DNA of 64,000 nucleotides, taken from Stagnimonas sp. GTDB lineage: Bacteria > Pseudomonadota > Gammaproteobacteria > Nevskiales > Nevskiaceae. The DNA lies in the NCBI GenBank assembly GCA_046598075.1, contig JBKJJE010000186.1:3402-67401 (forward strand), in the 5' to 3' direction. Shown here one piece after another: positions 19,949 to 28,402 of the stretch. Below the pieces are notes generated by a model. It saw only the letters and a program-made list of their open reading frames with translations, was not told the origin of the DNA and made no database searches. The position numbers were made by a program, and so were the translations under genes. Numbering within the stretch: position 1 is the first letter of the stretch; every line of letters begins with the position of its first letter.

Positions 19949-21520
19949 ATGCGCGAACTGCCTGAATCTGCCTCATCTACAGAAAAGTATCTTTTTGACC
20001 CGCGTCAAGACAAATGGGTTCTGAGTAGAAATAAAACAGTAATATTTTCACCTCTAAAGGAAATTATTGGCCCGGAACTGTTTCAATCGTTCAAGCACTT
20101 GCTTTATTTAGCTGCACTCTCCTATTCGCCATCGCATGTGTTAAACCTATACCGACACTTCACCCATTTCGCCAAACATTGTTATTCCACCGGATCAAAA
20201 TTAGATGAAATATCTGCCCCGAGCGTTATTAACTATTTCTCCTTTCTTAGTCCGAAGGATAGGTGGAGGACCACATATGTGAAATTGGCAGTGATTGGTT
20301 TTGATGACCACCGTTTAACTGGAGCGAGCGCGGAAGCACTTAGCTGCGTCAAGAAGCTGAAAATCCCAAAGAATGTCCAAGGCGAAGCTGTAAGAAACCA
20401 CGATAAATACTTGGGGGCCTTATCCGAGCTAGAGATTTTGTCTCTTGATGAACATGCGCTTGCAGCGTATGAGCGCAGACTTATAAATCTTGAGGAATAT
20501 TCCTTATTGTTGGTTTTTCGATCAATCGGTAGCCGTCCTTCTCAGGTAACTGATTTGAAGCGCATAGATTTTTATAGGGCAATTGATAAAACAAAAAGCG
20601 CGGTTAGATATTTAATTAACGTACCGAGGAGAAAGCAGCGACTTGGACAAAATCGCTTTAGAGGGCAGTTTCACGAATACGCACTTACCCCCGAAATTGG
20701 GGAAGTTCTCGAGGCATATCTGATTGAAACAGAGAATCGGGTCCTATCACTTATTCCCCAGATAACACCGGATCAGATGGCGAAACTTCCAATCTTTTTG
20801 AACTGGTCTTTGCTGACCAAAGCAATAAATGGGGGTTCGGTCTTGGACTTGATAGGCGACACGGATATTTTTCATAGGACATCTAGTGACGCAGGCGCAG
20901 CGATTCGCCAAATAGGAGCCGTTATGGCTGCTCCCTCGGAGAGAATCGGAGTTCTCAGCTTTAGCCCCATCCGTTTTCGTCGCACGATAGGAACGCGGGC
21001 AGCTCGTGAGGGCTATGGAGTCAACGTCATAGCGACGTTGCTAGACCACAGCGACCATCAGTCTGCAGAGATCTATACCGAGGATGTACCCGAAGCCGCT
21101 GTCGCCATCGATAAGGCAATGAGCATGCAGATGGCACCTCTTGCTCAGGCGTTTTCAGGGGTCTTGGTCTCTAGTGAAGCTTTGGCGAAGCGCGGGGACG
21201 ATATTCGCAGTCGCATACGCACCGACACGGGCACGAGCGTGGGAACTTGCGGCGAGTACGGCTTTTGTTCGTTAGCTGCCCCTCTGGGTTGTTACACATG
21301 CCGTCAGTTCCAACCATGGCTCGACGCCCCTCATGAAGAATTGCTCGATGGACTGCTGGATGAGCGGGAAAGGGTGCAGAAGCGGACTGGAGATCTAACA
21401 ATCGCTGCCGTCAACGACAGGACAATTTTTGCTGTTGCGCAGGTCATCAAACTTTGTGACTTAACTCGCAGCCAGTCGGCCCCACGACTTGCAGATGCAG
21501 GAGTGGCGAAATGCTCCTAA
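19949..21520 (+). CDS. Tyrosine recombinase/integrase 2 with a C-terminal Cys-rich domain
   Basis: GSRPSQVTDL (R), PIRFRRT, LLDH, EIYT (Y). C-terminal GTCGEYGFCSLAAPLGCYTCRQF. Confidence 0.85.
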   Translation: MRELPESASSTEKYLFDPRQDKWVLSRNKTVIFSPLKEIIGPELFQSFKHLLYLAALSYSPSHVLNLYRHFTHFAKHCYSTGSKLDEISAPSVINYFSFLSPKDRWRTTYVKLAVIGFDDHRLTGASAEALSCVKKLKIPKNVQGEAVRNHDKYLGALSELEILSLDEHALAAYERRLINLEEYSLLLVFRSIGSRPSQVTDLKRIDFYRAIDKTKSAVRYLINVPRRKQRLGQNRFRGQFHEYALTPEIGEVLEAYLIETENRVLSLIPQITPDQMAKLPIFLNWSLLTKAINGGSVLDLIGDTDIFHRTSSDAGAAIRQIGAVMAAPSERIGVLSFSPIRFRRTIGTRAAREGYGVNVIATLLDHSDHQSAEIYTEDVPEAAVAIDKAMSMQMAPLAQAFSGVLVSSEALAKRGDDIRSRIRTDTGTSVGTCGEYGFCSLAAPLGCYTCRQFQPWLDAPHEELLDGLLDERERVQKRTGDLTIAAVNDRTIFAVAQVIKLCDLTRSQSAPRLADAGVAKCS

Positions 21521-22488
21521 ACGTCGATATCGCTCGAGCTAACATCGCGCAATACATCCATACAGCAAAAAATGATCTAACGGTTTTCGGAAAGGACCTC
21601 GACTGGGAAAACAATAACTGGAAAAAGGCTCGTATTAACTTCAGCAACTCGGAGTGCACCTCGCGGGTTCTCACTCACGAAACGACCATGGCGGAGCCGT
21701 TCTTGAGCTTCGCGAAGGCCTACCTGAGAACCTCGCAAGGTCTCAAACCGGCTAAAGCGATGCGAGAGATTTCTGCACTCAAGTGCGTCGAATTCGTGCT
21801 GAGAAAGCGCTATGAAAAGCCTCGCCCAGAGGATATTTCCAACACAGTTCTCGATGATGCCGCGCAGCATGGAATTGAAAGATATACGCCGACTGTTGCG
21901 TATGCGGTTGGCCGGGAGTTGGCAAGGCTTGGAGTCGAAATCGAGTCACTGAAGCTCTCTGCTTACCGGATCGATTGGACAAATCCCGTTACACGCGTAA
22001 CTCACTTAAGTGCCCGCACCGGACCAGAGGCGAAAGCACATCGCGATTCGAGGATGCCGTGTACGGAGGCCCTGGATGCACTAGCCGAGATTTTCGCAGC
22101 CAACCCGGTACATCCACGAGATATTTTGACTTCGTCAACAATGGCCCTTCTTTCTGGGGCTCCTTTCCGCATTTCGCAGGCGCTAGCGTTGTACGTCGAT
22201 TGCGAAACCACTGAGCGCCGAAACAACGGCGAGCCGGCGTACGGACTTCTCGCGCCGAGCAGCAAGCTTGCAGACATTCACACGAAGTGGGTGCCAACGG
22301 TCATGTGGCCGATTGTCCAAGAGAGTCTGCGCCGCATACGGGGAATGACAGACGAGGGTATGGTCGTAGACTCGATTTTGTCGAATGTCGGTACGTCCAG
22401 ACCAGCGCTTGATTTCATCCTGCGTCATCCCACCACGCTGCGCATACGTGTTAAGCATGTGCCGGATCTGATGTGTGGTGATCTTTAA
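21511..22488 (+). pseudogene. Third integrase-like gene, N-terminal part; authentic sequence ends near 22357
   Basis: APFRISQALAL (first catalytic R box) and IHTKWVPTVMWPIVQESLRRIRGMTDEG. The remaining codons are the antisense of an inverted fragment. Confidence 0.7.
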
Positions 22489-22674
22489 AGGAACTGCTCG
22501 TCCCTCTTCATAGCCGAATCGACGAAAGATGTTCCTCATCTCGCGTGAGGACACCGATTCGAGATCAACATGAATATTCTGAACCCGTACGCGCTCGACC
22601 AGAACTGGGGAGGGAGTTGACTTGAGATACAGGCTACGGGCTTGCAGGCAAAACAGTGCCTCTGAGAACTTCAT
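22360..22674 (-). pseudogene. Inverted C-terminal catalytic fragment of a tyrosine recombinase (probably from integrase 3)
   Basis: Minus strand reads ...ITTHQIRHMLNTYAQRGGMTQDEIKRWSGRTDIRQNRVYDH (HxxR, W/H box, Y). The frame is closed by TAG just upstream at 22684-22686. Confidence 0.75.
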
Positions 22675-23026
22675 CCGAACAACCTACGACGCTCTGTATC
22701 AAGCCTTGGGCCGCGATCCAAACATCAAGATTGGCCGAGTCCAATACATCGACATGAATACCACCTATGCGGGAGTCAATGACGCCCTCTGGAGAAAGCG
22801 GACGTCCTTCGAGCATGAGCGTGAGGTCAGAGCACTCACTCTCGATTTTCACAGCAAGGAGCCGGGCAAGTTGATGCCTTGCGACATGTCGGTACTAATT
22901 CAGGAAGTCTTCGTGTCGCCCAAGGCGCCCAGCTGGTTTATCGCTCTAGTCAATGACATCAACAGCAAGTACGGCCTGGAGCGACAAGTCAGCACTTCAT
23001 CGCTTGTTGAGGAGCCATTTTTTTGA
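22673..23026 (+). pseudogene. 5'-truncated DUF2971-like gene (C-terminal half)
   Basis: IGRVQYID...WRKRTSFEHEREVRAL...IQEVFVSPKAPSWF resembles DUF2971 C-termini. The first ~17 codons of the track ORF are antisense of the inverted fragment. Confidence 0.55.
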
Positions 23027-23033
23027 AATGTCG

Positions 23034-23065
23034 GCATAACAAGTTGTTCCAGCGGGGCGTTGAAT
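23034..23065 (+). other. Collapsed/degenerate integron attC-like site
   Basis: GCATAAC-AAGTT-GTTCCAGC-GGGGC-GTTGAAT, 7 bp after a stop codon. R''/L'' and R' (GTTRRRY) are present, but L' and the central loop are missing. Confidence 0.35.
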
Positions 23066-23402
23066 GACTGCTTTCTGCGCTGAGTTTTCGTATTTGAACG
23101 TCAGCAGTTGGCACCGAGTCGCCGGTGGCTGCGGACTCACTCCATTACAAGCAGACGCTGAGCAGACAGTCGGCATCTGTCCGGCTTTCACTACGCGACG
23201 CTCCTCTACGACGCTGTCGCAGAATGACGCATCAGACTCGCCGCTTGTGCCAGAGATCAATATGAGGATGATCTCTTCCAGACAATTCAGATGCCGCGCA
23301 CATAGCCCAGAAACCTATATGAAACATGGCGTCCGGGGATTATTCAGAGACGGTAATTCACAGCCGCGCTGCACCCATCGGCACAGCTGAGCCGGGGTTT
23401 CG

Positions 23403-24110
23403 TCAGGCAGCACGGCGCAGCAACTGGCGCTGCAGGGCGGCGATGGCGAAGGTCAGCCGTTGCTGCTGCGGCGGTGCGAGGTCCTCGAACAGGATGCCGA
23501 TCTCGATGCCGGCGCTGCTGCGCCGCCGCCAGCGCACCTCGGCGCGACAGCTGACATGCGAGTCGTGCAGGTCGATGACGCATTCCATGTTCGCACCCAC
23601 CAGCACGTCGGAGCCGGGGCTCAGGCGGGCGCAGAGCCCGAGTGCGGAGATGTCGATCAGCTGCCCGCGAAAACGCTGGCTGTGATCGAAGAAATGGGTG
23701 CCGATGATGCCGGGCAGGCGGGTCACCCGCAGCCGGAAAGTGCTGCGCCGCTGCAGGTAGAGGGCCTCGGCGGGCAGTGCCACGATCCACCTGAAGCGGT
23801 CGGCGTCGACGAAGTCGCTGACGAACTCGAAGCGCGCGCCGTCTAGGCGCGCACCGATGCGCAGCGAGGTGCCGGGTTGCGGTGCGCGGGCGGCCGGTGG
23901 CGCATCCAGTTGCAGGCGCTGGTGGCTGCGGTCTATGCCGACCAGCATGCTGCAGGCCGGTTTCAGCACGCCGGGCATCGACAGGTTCAGCAGCACCCGG
24001 CTGTCGAGGCTGCGCTGCAAAAGGCCGGCGATGCGCTGTGCATCTTTCAGCAGCAGCGCCTCCTCCGCTGCCGGGTAGTCGGGCCGCTGCAGGGTGGCTT
24101 CGTCAAGCAC
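23403..24110 (-). CDS. Flagellar brake-like PilZ-domain protein (YcgR-like)
   Basis: PilZ motifs QRRSTFRL (RxxxR) and DISALG (DxSxxG). It lies downstream of flgMN. Confidence 0.8.
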   Translation of the reverse strand: MLDEATLQRPDYPAAEEALLLKDAQRIAGLLQRSLDSRVLLNLSMPGVLKPACSMLVGIDRSHQRLQLDAPPAARAPQPGTSLRIGARLDGARFEFVSDFVDADRFRWIVALPAEALYLQRRSTFRLRVTRLPGIIGTHFFDHSQRFRGQLIDISALGLCARLSPGSDVLVGANMECVIDLHDSHVSCRAEVRWRRRSSAGIEIGILFEDLAPPQQQRLTFAIAALQRQLLRRAA

Positions 24111-24582
24111 GGCCGCTGATACGGCTGGGAAAGCTGGCGCCTACGCTGCCGCTGCGGCCATAGCTGGATGCCGGTGCCGCTTGTAGCGCCTTCAGGCCGT
24201 TTCGGACCTGGCTGGCGCGGGCGTCGAGCAGGGCGCCGTTGGCACGGTTCTGGTCGCGGCATTCGCGGGCCAGTGCCGAGAGTTGATGCCATTGCTCGGA
24301 GAGGCCGGTTTCGGTCAGCACCAGCTCCGGGCTGGGCGGCGGCTGCGAGGCGGTTTTCGACGGTGGCCGCGCCTGCTCGAACTGGATGCCGAGTTGCTCC
24401 AGCTGCCGGGCCGCATACAGCTTGGCGGAGCAGACTTCGCTGAGCTGGTCGAGGTTGTTGTCGCTGAGTGCGAGGTGTTCTTCAAGCAGCAATCCCCGTA
24501 GCTGCTGGGCGCACTGGATCTGCGCGCCGACGATGTGTGCCAGTGCAGGAGTGGAGGCAGTCTGGGGGGGCGTTGGGGTCAT
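24103..24582 (-). CDS. flgN: Flagellar export chaperone FlgN
   Basis: LLLEEHLAL...CRDQNRANGALL. It follows flgM. Confidence 0.8.
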   Translation of the reverse strand: MTPTPPQTASTPALAHIVGAQIQCAQQLRGLLLEEHLALSDNNLDQLSEVCSAKLYAARQLEQLGIQFEQARPPSKTASQPPPSPELVLTETGLSEQWHQLSALARECRDQNRANGALLDARASQVRNGLKALQAAPASSYGRSGSVGASFPSRISGRA

Positions 24583-24875
24583 GGATGGGCTAGCTCGTAT
24601 TCGAGTCGGATGAAGTGCGTCGCGGTGCTGCGGGCGTCAACCTGATAGCGGCCTTCGGCAACCGCCAGCCGGATCGGCTCGAGGTAGGCCTGGTCGGGTC
24701 CGCTGCTGACAGACTGGTTTGCTGCCTGCTGCAGGCTGATGGCCTCGCCGGTGAGCTTGACGGTGTCGGTTCTGGCGACGGCGACAATCGCGCCGGGACC
24801 GTCCTGGCCAGTACGCGCCGGGCGCACCTCCAGGCGGGGGCTGGTGGCAGGGCGAAGCTCGATGCTTTGGGTCAT
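24579..24875 (-). CDS. flgM: Anti-sigma28 factor FlgM
   Basis: DTVKLT...IRLAVAEGRYQVD, small size, and an upstream sigma28 promoter. Confidence 0.85.
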   Translation of the reverse strand: MTQSIELRPATSPRLEVRPARTGQDGPGAIVAVARTDTVKLTGEAISLQQAANQSVSSGPDQAYLEPIRLAVAEGRYQVDARSTATHFIRLEYELAHP

Positions 24876-24926
24876 GACGACACCTCCGAAGGACAGACGC
24901 TGCGCGCCACAGGGGGCGCTACTGTC

Positions 24927-24953
24927 CTATCGGCAGAAAAACCAGCAACTTGA
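24927..24953 (-). promoter_or_regulatory. sigma28 (FliA) promoter for flgM
   Basis: Minus strand TCAA-N15-GCCGATAG versus consensus TAAA-N15-GCCGATAA. Confidence 0.75.
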
Positions 24954-24966
24954 GCCGGATGCCGCC

Positions 24967-25680
24967 TCACAAGCCCACCTCCACCGTGCCGCCGTCGCGT
25001 ACCAGGCCCTGCACCACGCGGTGCGAGGCGGTGTTTTCAACCGTGATGCGCTCGCCGCTGGAACCATCCTGCAGCGCCTTGCCCTGGCTGCGCACTTGCA
25101 GGCCGCCGCTCTGGCTGAGCAGGGTCACCAGGCCACCGCGACGGACTAGCTTGATGCTGACCAGCGCCTCCGGAGTCAGCACGCTGCCGGCCGCAAAAGG
25201 GCGGCGCAGGGTCTGGCCCTGGGCCTGTTCCAGCTGTTCGAGATAGCCGTAACCCAGGGTCGAGACATCGAGCTTGCGCAGGCTGAGGTCCGCTGCCGCC
25301 AGCACCTGTCCCGGCGGTACCGCGCGGCTGAGCACCACCACTGTTCTGAGCTCGCTGACCTGCACCGGCACATGGACGGTCCACAGCGGATTGCTGCCGA
25401 CGGCAGCCAGGCAGCTCACCGCCACGCTCCAGCCGCCGCGCGCAGGAGTGCTGTTGCTGGCGGCCGACAAGGGTGCTTCGCAGCGCGGCAGCCGCAGGCG
25501 GGAATCCAGCGGGCGGGCCTCGGCGGTCACCCCGGCCGCACTTTGCGCCTGCACCCAGTCGACGGCGGTGGCGCGGATGTGCTCCGCAGTCTCCCAGCCG
25601 GATGCCGCCCACGCCGAGCCCGCCGGCACGCCGAGGGCGGCGAGCAACAGGGTGAGGCAGCGGGCGAGGGTCATGGTCAT
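24967..25680 (-). CDS. flgA: Flagellar basal-body P-ring formation chaperone FlgA
   Basis: Signal peptide, LDSRLRLPRC, SAF-like region, LVRRGGLVTL...GKALQDG. Confidence 0.9.
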   Translation of the reverse strand: MTMTLARCLTLLLAALGVPAGSAWAASGWETAEHIRATAVDWVQAQSAAGVTAEARPLDSRLRLPRCEAPLSAASNSTPARGGWSVAVSCLAAVGSNPLWTVHVPVQVSELRTVVVLSRAVPPGQVLAAADLSLRKLDVSTLGYGYLEQLEQAQGQTLRRPFAAGSVLTPEALVSIKLVRRGGLVTLLSQSGGLQVRSQGKALQDGSSGERITVENTASHRVVQGLVRDGGTVEVGL

Positions 25681-25712
25681 TTCCGGCGCAGGCAGGGTCT
25701 GCACAGGGGGCA

Positions 25713-25728
25713 TACAAATCGCGTTCCA
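25713..25728 (-). promoter_or_regulatory. sigma54-type -24/-12 promoter for flgA (variant)
   Basis: Minus strand TGGAAC-GCGAT-TTGTA. Confidence 0.55.
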
Positions 25729-25748
25729 GCTCCGCGCCGCGTCGGGGG

Positions 25749-25775
25749 TCAAGTTCTGCCGCAGCCGGACGTTAA
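25749..25775 (+). promoter_or_regulatory. sigma28 promoter for cheV
   Basis: TCAA-N15-GACGTTAA, with a 6/8 match to GCCGATAA. Confidence 0.55.
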
Positions 25776-25805
25776 GCAGTGCAGGCCACACCCCAGAGGC
25801 GCGTC

Positions 25806-26756
25806 ATGGCAACCGGACTGCTGGAAAGCATCGATCGCAGCACACAGCTCGCAGGCCACAACCGGCTGGCGCTGCTGCTGTTCCATCTCGACGGGCAGGC
25901 GCTGTTCGGCATCAACGTCTTCAAGGTGCAGGAGGTCATCACCCGGCCGAAGCTGTCCTGGATGCCCGGCACCCATGCCCTGGTGCCTGGGGTGGCTGAC
26001 ATCCGCGGCCGGATGATTCCGGTCATCGATCTGGCCCAGGCGATCGGCCAGGCCGGCGTTGGCGAGGCAGCCCATGTGATCGTCACCGAATACAACCGTT
26101 CGATGCAGGGCTTTCTGGTGCGCGCGGTGGACCGGATCATCCATGTCAACGTCGAGCAGGTGCTGCCGCCGCCCGGCGGCGAGACGGCCGGCAGCTACCT
26201 GACCGCGATCACCCGTCATCAGGACGAGCTGGTGGAGATCATCGATGTCGAGAAAGTGCTGGCCGACGTGGTGGGCGAGCAGGCGGCGCTGTCCGATCAT
26301 CTGGTGCAGCGTGCCGGCGAGCTGCGGATCAGCCAGCAGATTCTGGTCGCCGACGATTCGCGGGTGGCGCGCAGCCAGATCGAGCGGGTGCTGACCCAGC
26401 TCGGAATCAGCTGCATTCTGGTCAACAATGGCCGCGAGGCGCTGGCCAGGCTGCGTCAGCTGGCGGCCCAGGGCGGGGCGCTTGAAGACCGGCTGCTGAT
26501 GGTGATCTCCGACGTTGAAATGCCGGACATGGACGGCTACACGCTGACCACCGAGATCCGCCGCGATCCCCAGCTCAAGAACCTGTTCGTGATGCTGCAC
26601 ACCTCGCTGTCGGGAGTGTTCAACAACGCCATGGTGGACAAGGTGGGCGCTGACCGCTTCATCGCCAAGTTCAGCCACGACGATCTGGCCGAAGGCGTAC
26701 TGGAGCGGCTAGCGGCGGTTTCCAGTTGCGGCTCCAGAGGGCAGACGGAAAGGTGA
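25806..26756 (+). CDS. cheV: Chemotaxis protein CheV (CheW + receiver)
   Basis: FGINVFKVQEVI, IRGRMIPVIDL, receiver ILVADDS...VISDVEMPDMDG. Confidence 0.93.
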   Translation: MATGLLESIDRSTQLAGHNRLALLLFHLDGQALFGINVFKVQEVITRPKLSWMPGTHALVPGVADIRGRMIPVIDLAQAIGQAGVGEAAHVIVTEYNRSMQGFLVRAVDRIIHVNVEQVLPPPGGETAGSYLTAITRHQDELVEIIDVEKVLADVVGEQAALSDHLVQRAGELRISQQILVADDSRVARSQIERVLTQLGISCILVNNGREALARLRQLAAQGGALEDRLLMVISDVEMPDMDGYTLTTEIRRDPQLKNLFVMLHTSLSGVFNNAMVDKVGADRFIAKFSHDDLAEGVLERLAAVSSCGSRGQTER

Positions 26757-26765
26757 CGCCCGGGC

Positions 26766-26781
26766 TGGAACAGGGTTTGTA
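26766..26781 (+). promoter_or_regulatory. sigma54-type promoter for the flgB operon (variant)
   Basis: TGGAAC-AGGGT-TTGTA, 36 bp upstream of the flgB ATG. Confidence 0.6.
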
Positions 26782-26817
26782 TGGATGCCTCGCAACTGTT
26801 CTTCCGAGGCAGACCTC

Positions 26818-27228
26818 ATGGCCGGACCCGATCCCATTTTTGGCATTCACGCGCAGGCGATGGGCCTGCAGCGTCAGCGCATGGAAGTGCTGGCCGCGAA
26901 CATCGCCAACGCCGACACCCCCCACTATCAGGCCCGTGATGTCGACTTTGCCCAGCAGCTGAAAGCGACACTGCGGGCCGCAGGCCCGGCGCTGCCGACA
27001 CCGGCGGCGACCCAGCCTGGGCATATCCCGGTCGGTGGGGCGGATGGCGGCCAGTCTGCTGAAAGGCTGGTCTATCGCATCGCCCTGCAACCGAGTGTCG
27101 ACGGCAACACCGTCGATACCCAGGTCGAACAGGCGCAGTTTGCCGACGCCGCCTTGCACTACCAGGCCAGCCTCGGCTTTGCCGATGCCCGCCTGCGCAG
27201 CCTGATGACGGCGCTGACCGGGCAATAG
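26818..27228 (+). CDS. flgB: Flagellar basal-body rod protein FlgB
   Basis: LAANIANADTPHYQARDVDF, SVDGNTVD. Confidence 0.95.
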   Translation: MAGPDPIFGIHAQAMGLQRQRMEVLAANIANADTPHYQARDVDFAQQLKATLRAAGPALPTPAATQPGHIPVGGADGGQSAERLVYRIALQPSVDGNTVDTQVEQAQFADAALHYQASLGFADARLRSLMTALTGQ

Positions 27229-27230
27229 CC

Positions 27231-27641
27231 ATGTCTTCCTTCCGCATTTTCGACATCGCCGGCTCGGCACTCAGCGCGCAGTCGCTGCGGCTCAACACAG
27301 TCGCCAGCAACCTCGCCAACGCCGACGGCATCAGCGCCACGGCGGAGGGTACCTACCGGGCCAGGATGCCGGTGTTCCGCGCTGCAGCGTCCTCGCCCGA
27401 TAGTCCGGGCGGTGCCGGCGTGCAGGTGCTGGGGGTGGTGGAGAGTCAGGCCGCTCCCGAGAAACGCTATGAACCCGGCCATCCGCTGGCTGATGGCGAG
27501 GGCTATGTCTATGCGCCAAACGTCAACGTGGTGGAAGAAATGACCAACATGATTTCTGCCTCGCGCGCCTATCAAAGCAGCGTCGAGGTGATGAACACCG
27601 CCAAAGAGCTGGCGATCCGCACGCTCAGCCTTGGCAAGTAG
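27231..27641 (+). CDS. flgC: Flagellar basal-body rod protein FlgC
   Basis: [40 protein letters not shown]. Confidence 0.96.
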   Translation: MSSFRIFDIAGSALSAQSLRLNTVASNLANADGISATAEGTYRARMPVFRAAASSPDSPGGAGVQVLGVVESQAAPEKRYEPGHPLADGEGYVYAPNVNVVEEMTNMISASRAYQSSVEVMNTAKELAIRTLSLGK

Positions 27642-27664
27642 CCGCCGCCTCAAAGGAGCCACCC

Positions 27665-28336
27665 ATGTCCATTGCCGCTACCAATCCCGCTACGGCCAGC
27701 CTCTCCGGTCTGGGCCTTGCGCTGCGCGCCGCGGAAAAAAAGCCGGAGTCGCTCGGACAGCAGGATTTTCTCAAGCTGATGACCACCCAGCTCACCAATC
27801 AGGACCCGACCAAGCCGCTGGAGAGCAACGAGTTTCTCGGCCAGCTGGCGCAGTTCTCGACAGTGTCGGGCATCCAGGAGCTGCAGCAGTCGTTCACTGC
27901 CCTGTCCAGCTCGCTTACCGCAGGCCAGTCGCTACAGGCAGCAGGGTTGGTTGGCCATGGAGTGCTGGTGCCTTCCGAAATCGGCACGCTGGATGGTGAG
28001 CTGGGTCTGAGCGGTGCGGCCGAACTCGCTGGCGGTGGCCAGTTGGTGGTGGAGATCAGCGACGCCAACGGCCAGGTGCAGCGGCGGCTCGACTACGGCA
28101 GCCAGCCCGCAGGCCTCAGCTATTTCCACTGGGACGGCAAGGACGGCAGCGGTGCGATGCTGCCTTCCGGCAATTACACCCTTCGCGCCACGGTCAGCAG
28201 CGGTGGCGCCAGCCAGGCTGCCGACACCTTTGCCGCCGCTGCCGTGCAGAGCGTTTCCATCGGTGCCAATGGCCTGGCCCTGCAACTCGGCGGGCTGGGC
28301 GAAGTGCCCTTCAGCAGCGTCCGTCAGATTCTCTAG
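27665..28336 (+). CDS. flgD: Flagellar hook capping protein FlgD
   Basis: DFLKLMTTQLTNQDPTKP, QLAQFS, WDGKD. Confidence 0.95.
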   Translation: MSIAATNPATASLSGLGLALRAAEKKPESLGQQDFLKLMTTQLTNQDPTKPLESNEFLGQLAQFSTVSGIQELQQSFTALSSSLTAGQSLQAAGLVGHGVLVPSEIGTLDGELGLSGAAELAGGGQLVVEISDANGQVQRRLDYGSQPAGLSYFHWDGKDGSGAMLPSGNYTLRATVSSGGASQAADTFAAAAVQSVSIGANGLALQLGGLGEVPFSSVRQIL

Positions 28337-28402
28337 CGCCGGCAGCATCCGCCGGCGATCACCCCACAGGCAGCACTCGTCTTTTTCACCGGAGCACACC
28401 CC

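Larger units (their letters stand above)
18567..23355. mobile_element. AT-richer genomic island with three tandem tyrosine recombinases (partly decayed); boundaries approximate
   Basis: Abrupt compositional shift visible by eye after the ssb terminator, reverting near 23355. Three integrase-like ORFs with overlapping or adjacent starts and stops, plus rearranged gene fragments. Confidence 0.8.

Noticed and set aside
18500-23375. Possible att direct repeat flanking the island (AATTCAC after the ssb stop and near 23354)
   Set aside because: Only about 7 bp match with poor flanks, which is expected by chance. No duplication of the ssb 3' end was found, so the island ends remain undefined.
23064-23390. 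108-aa ORF after the attC-like site
   Set aside because: No recognisable motif or RBS, and short competing ORFs on both strands. It is not called as a gene.
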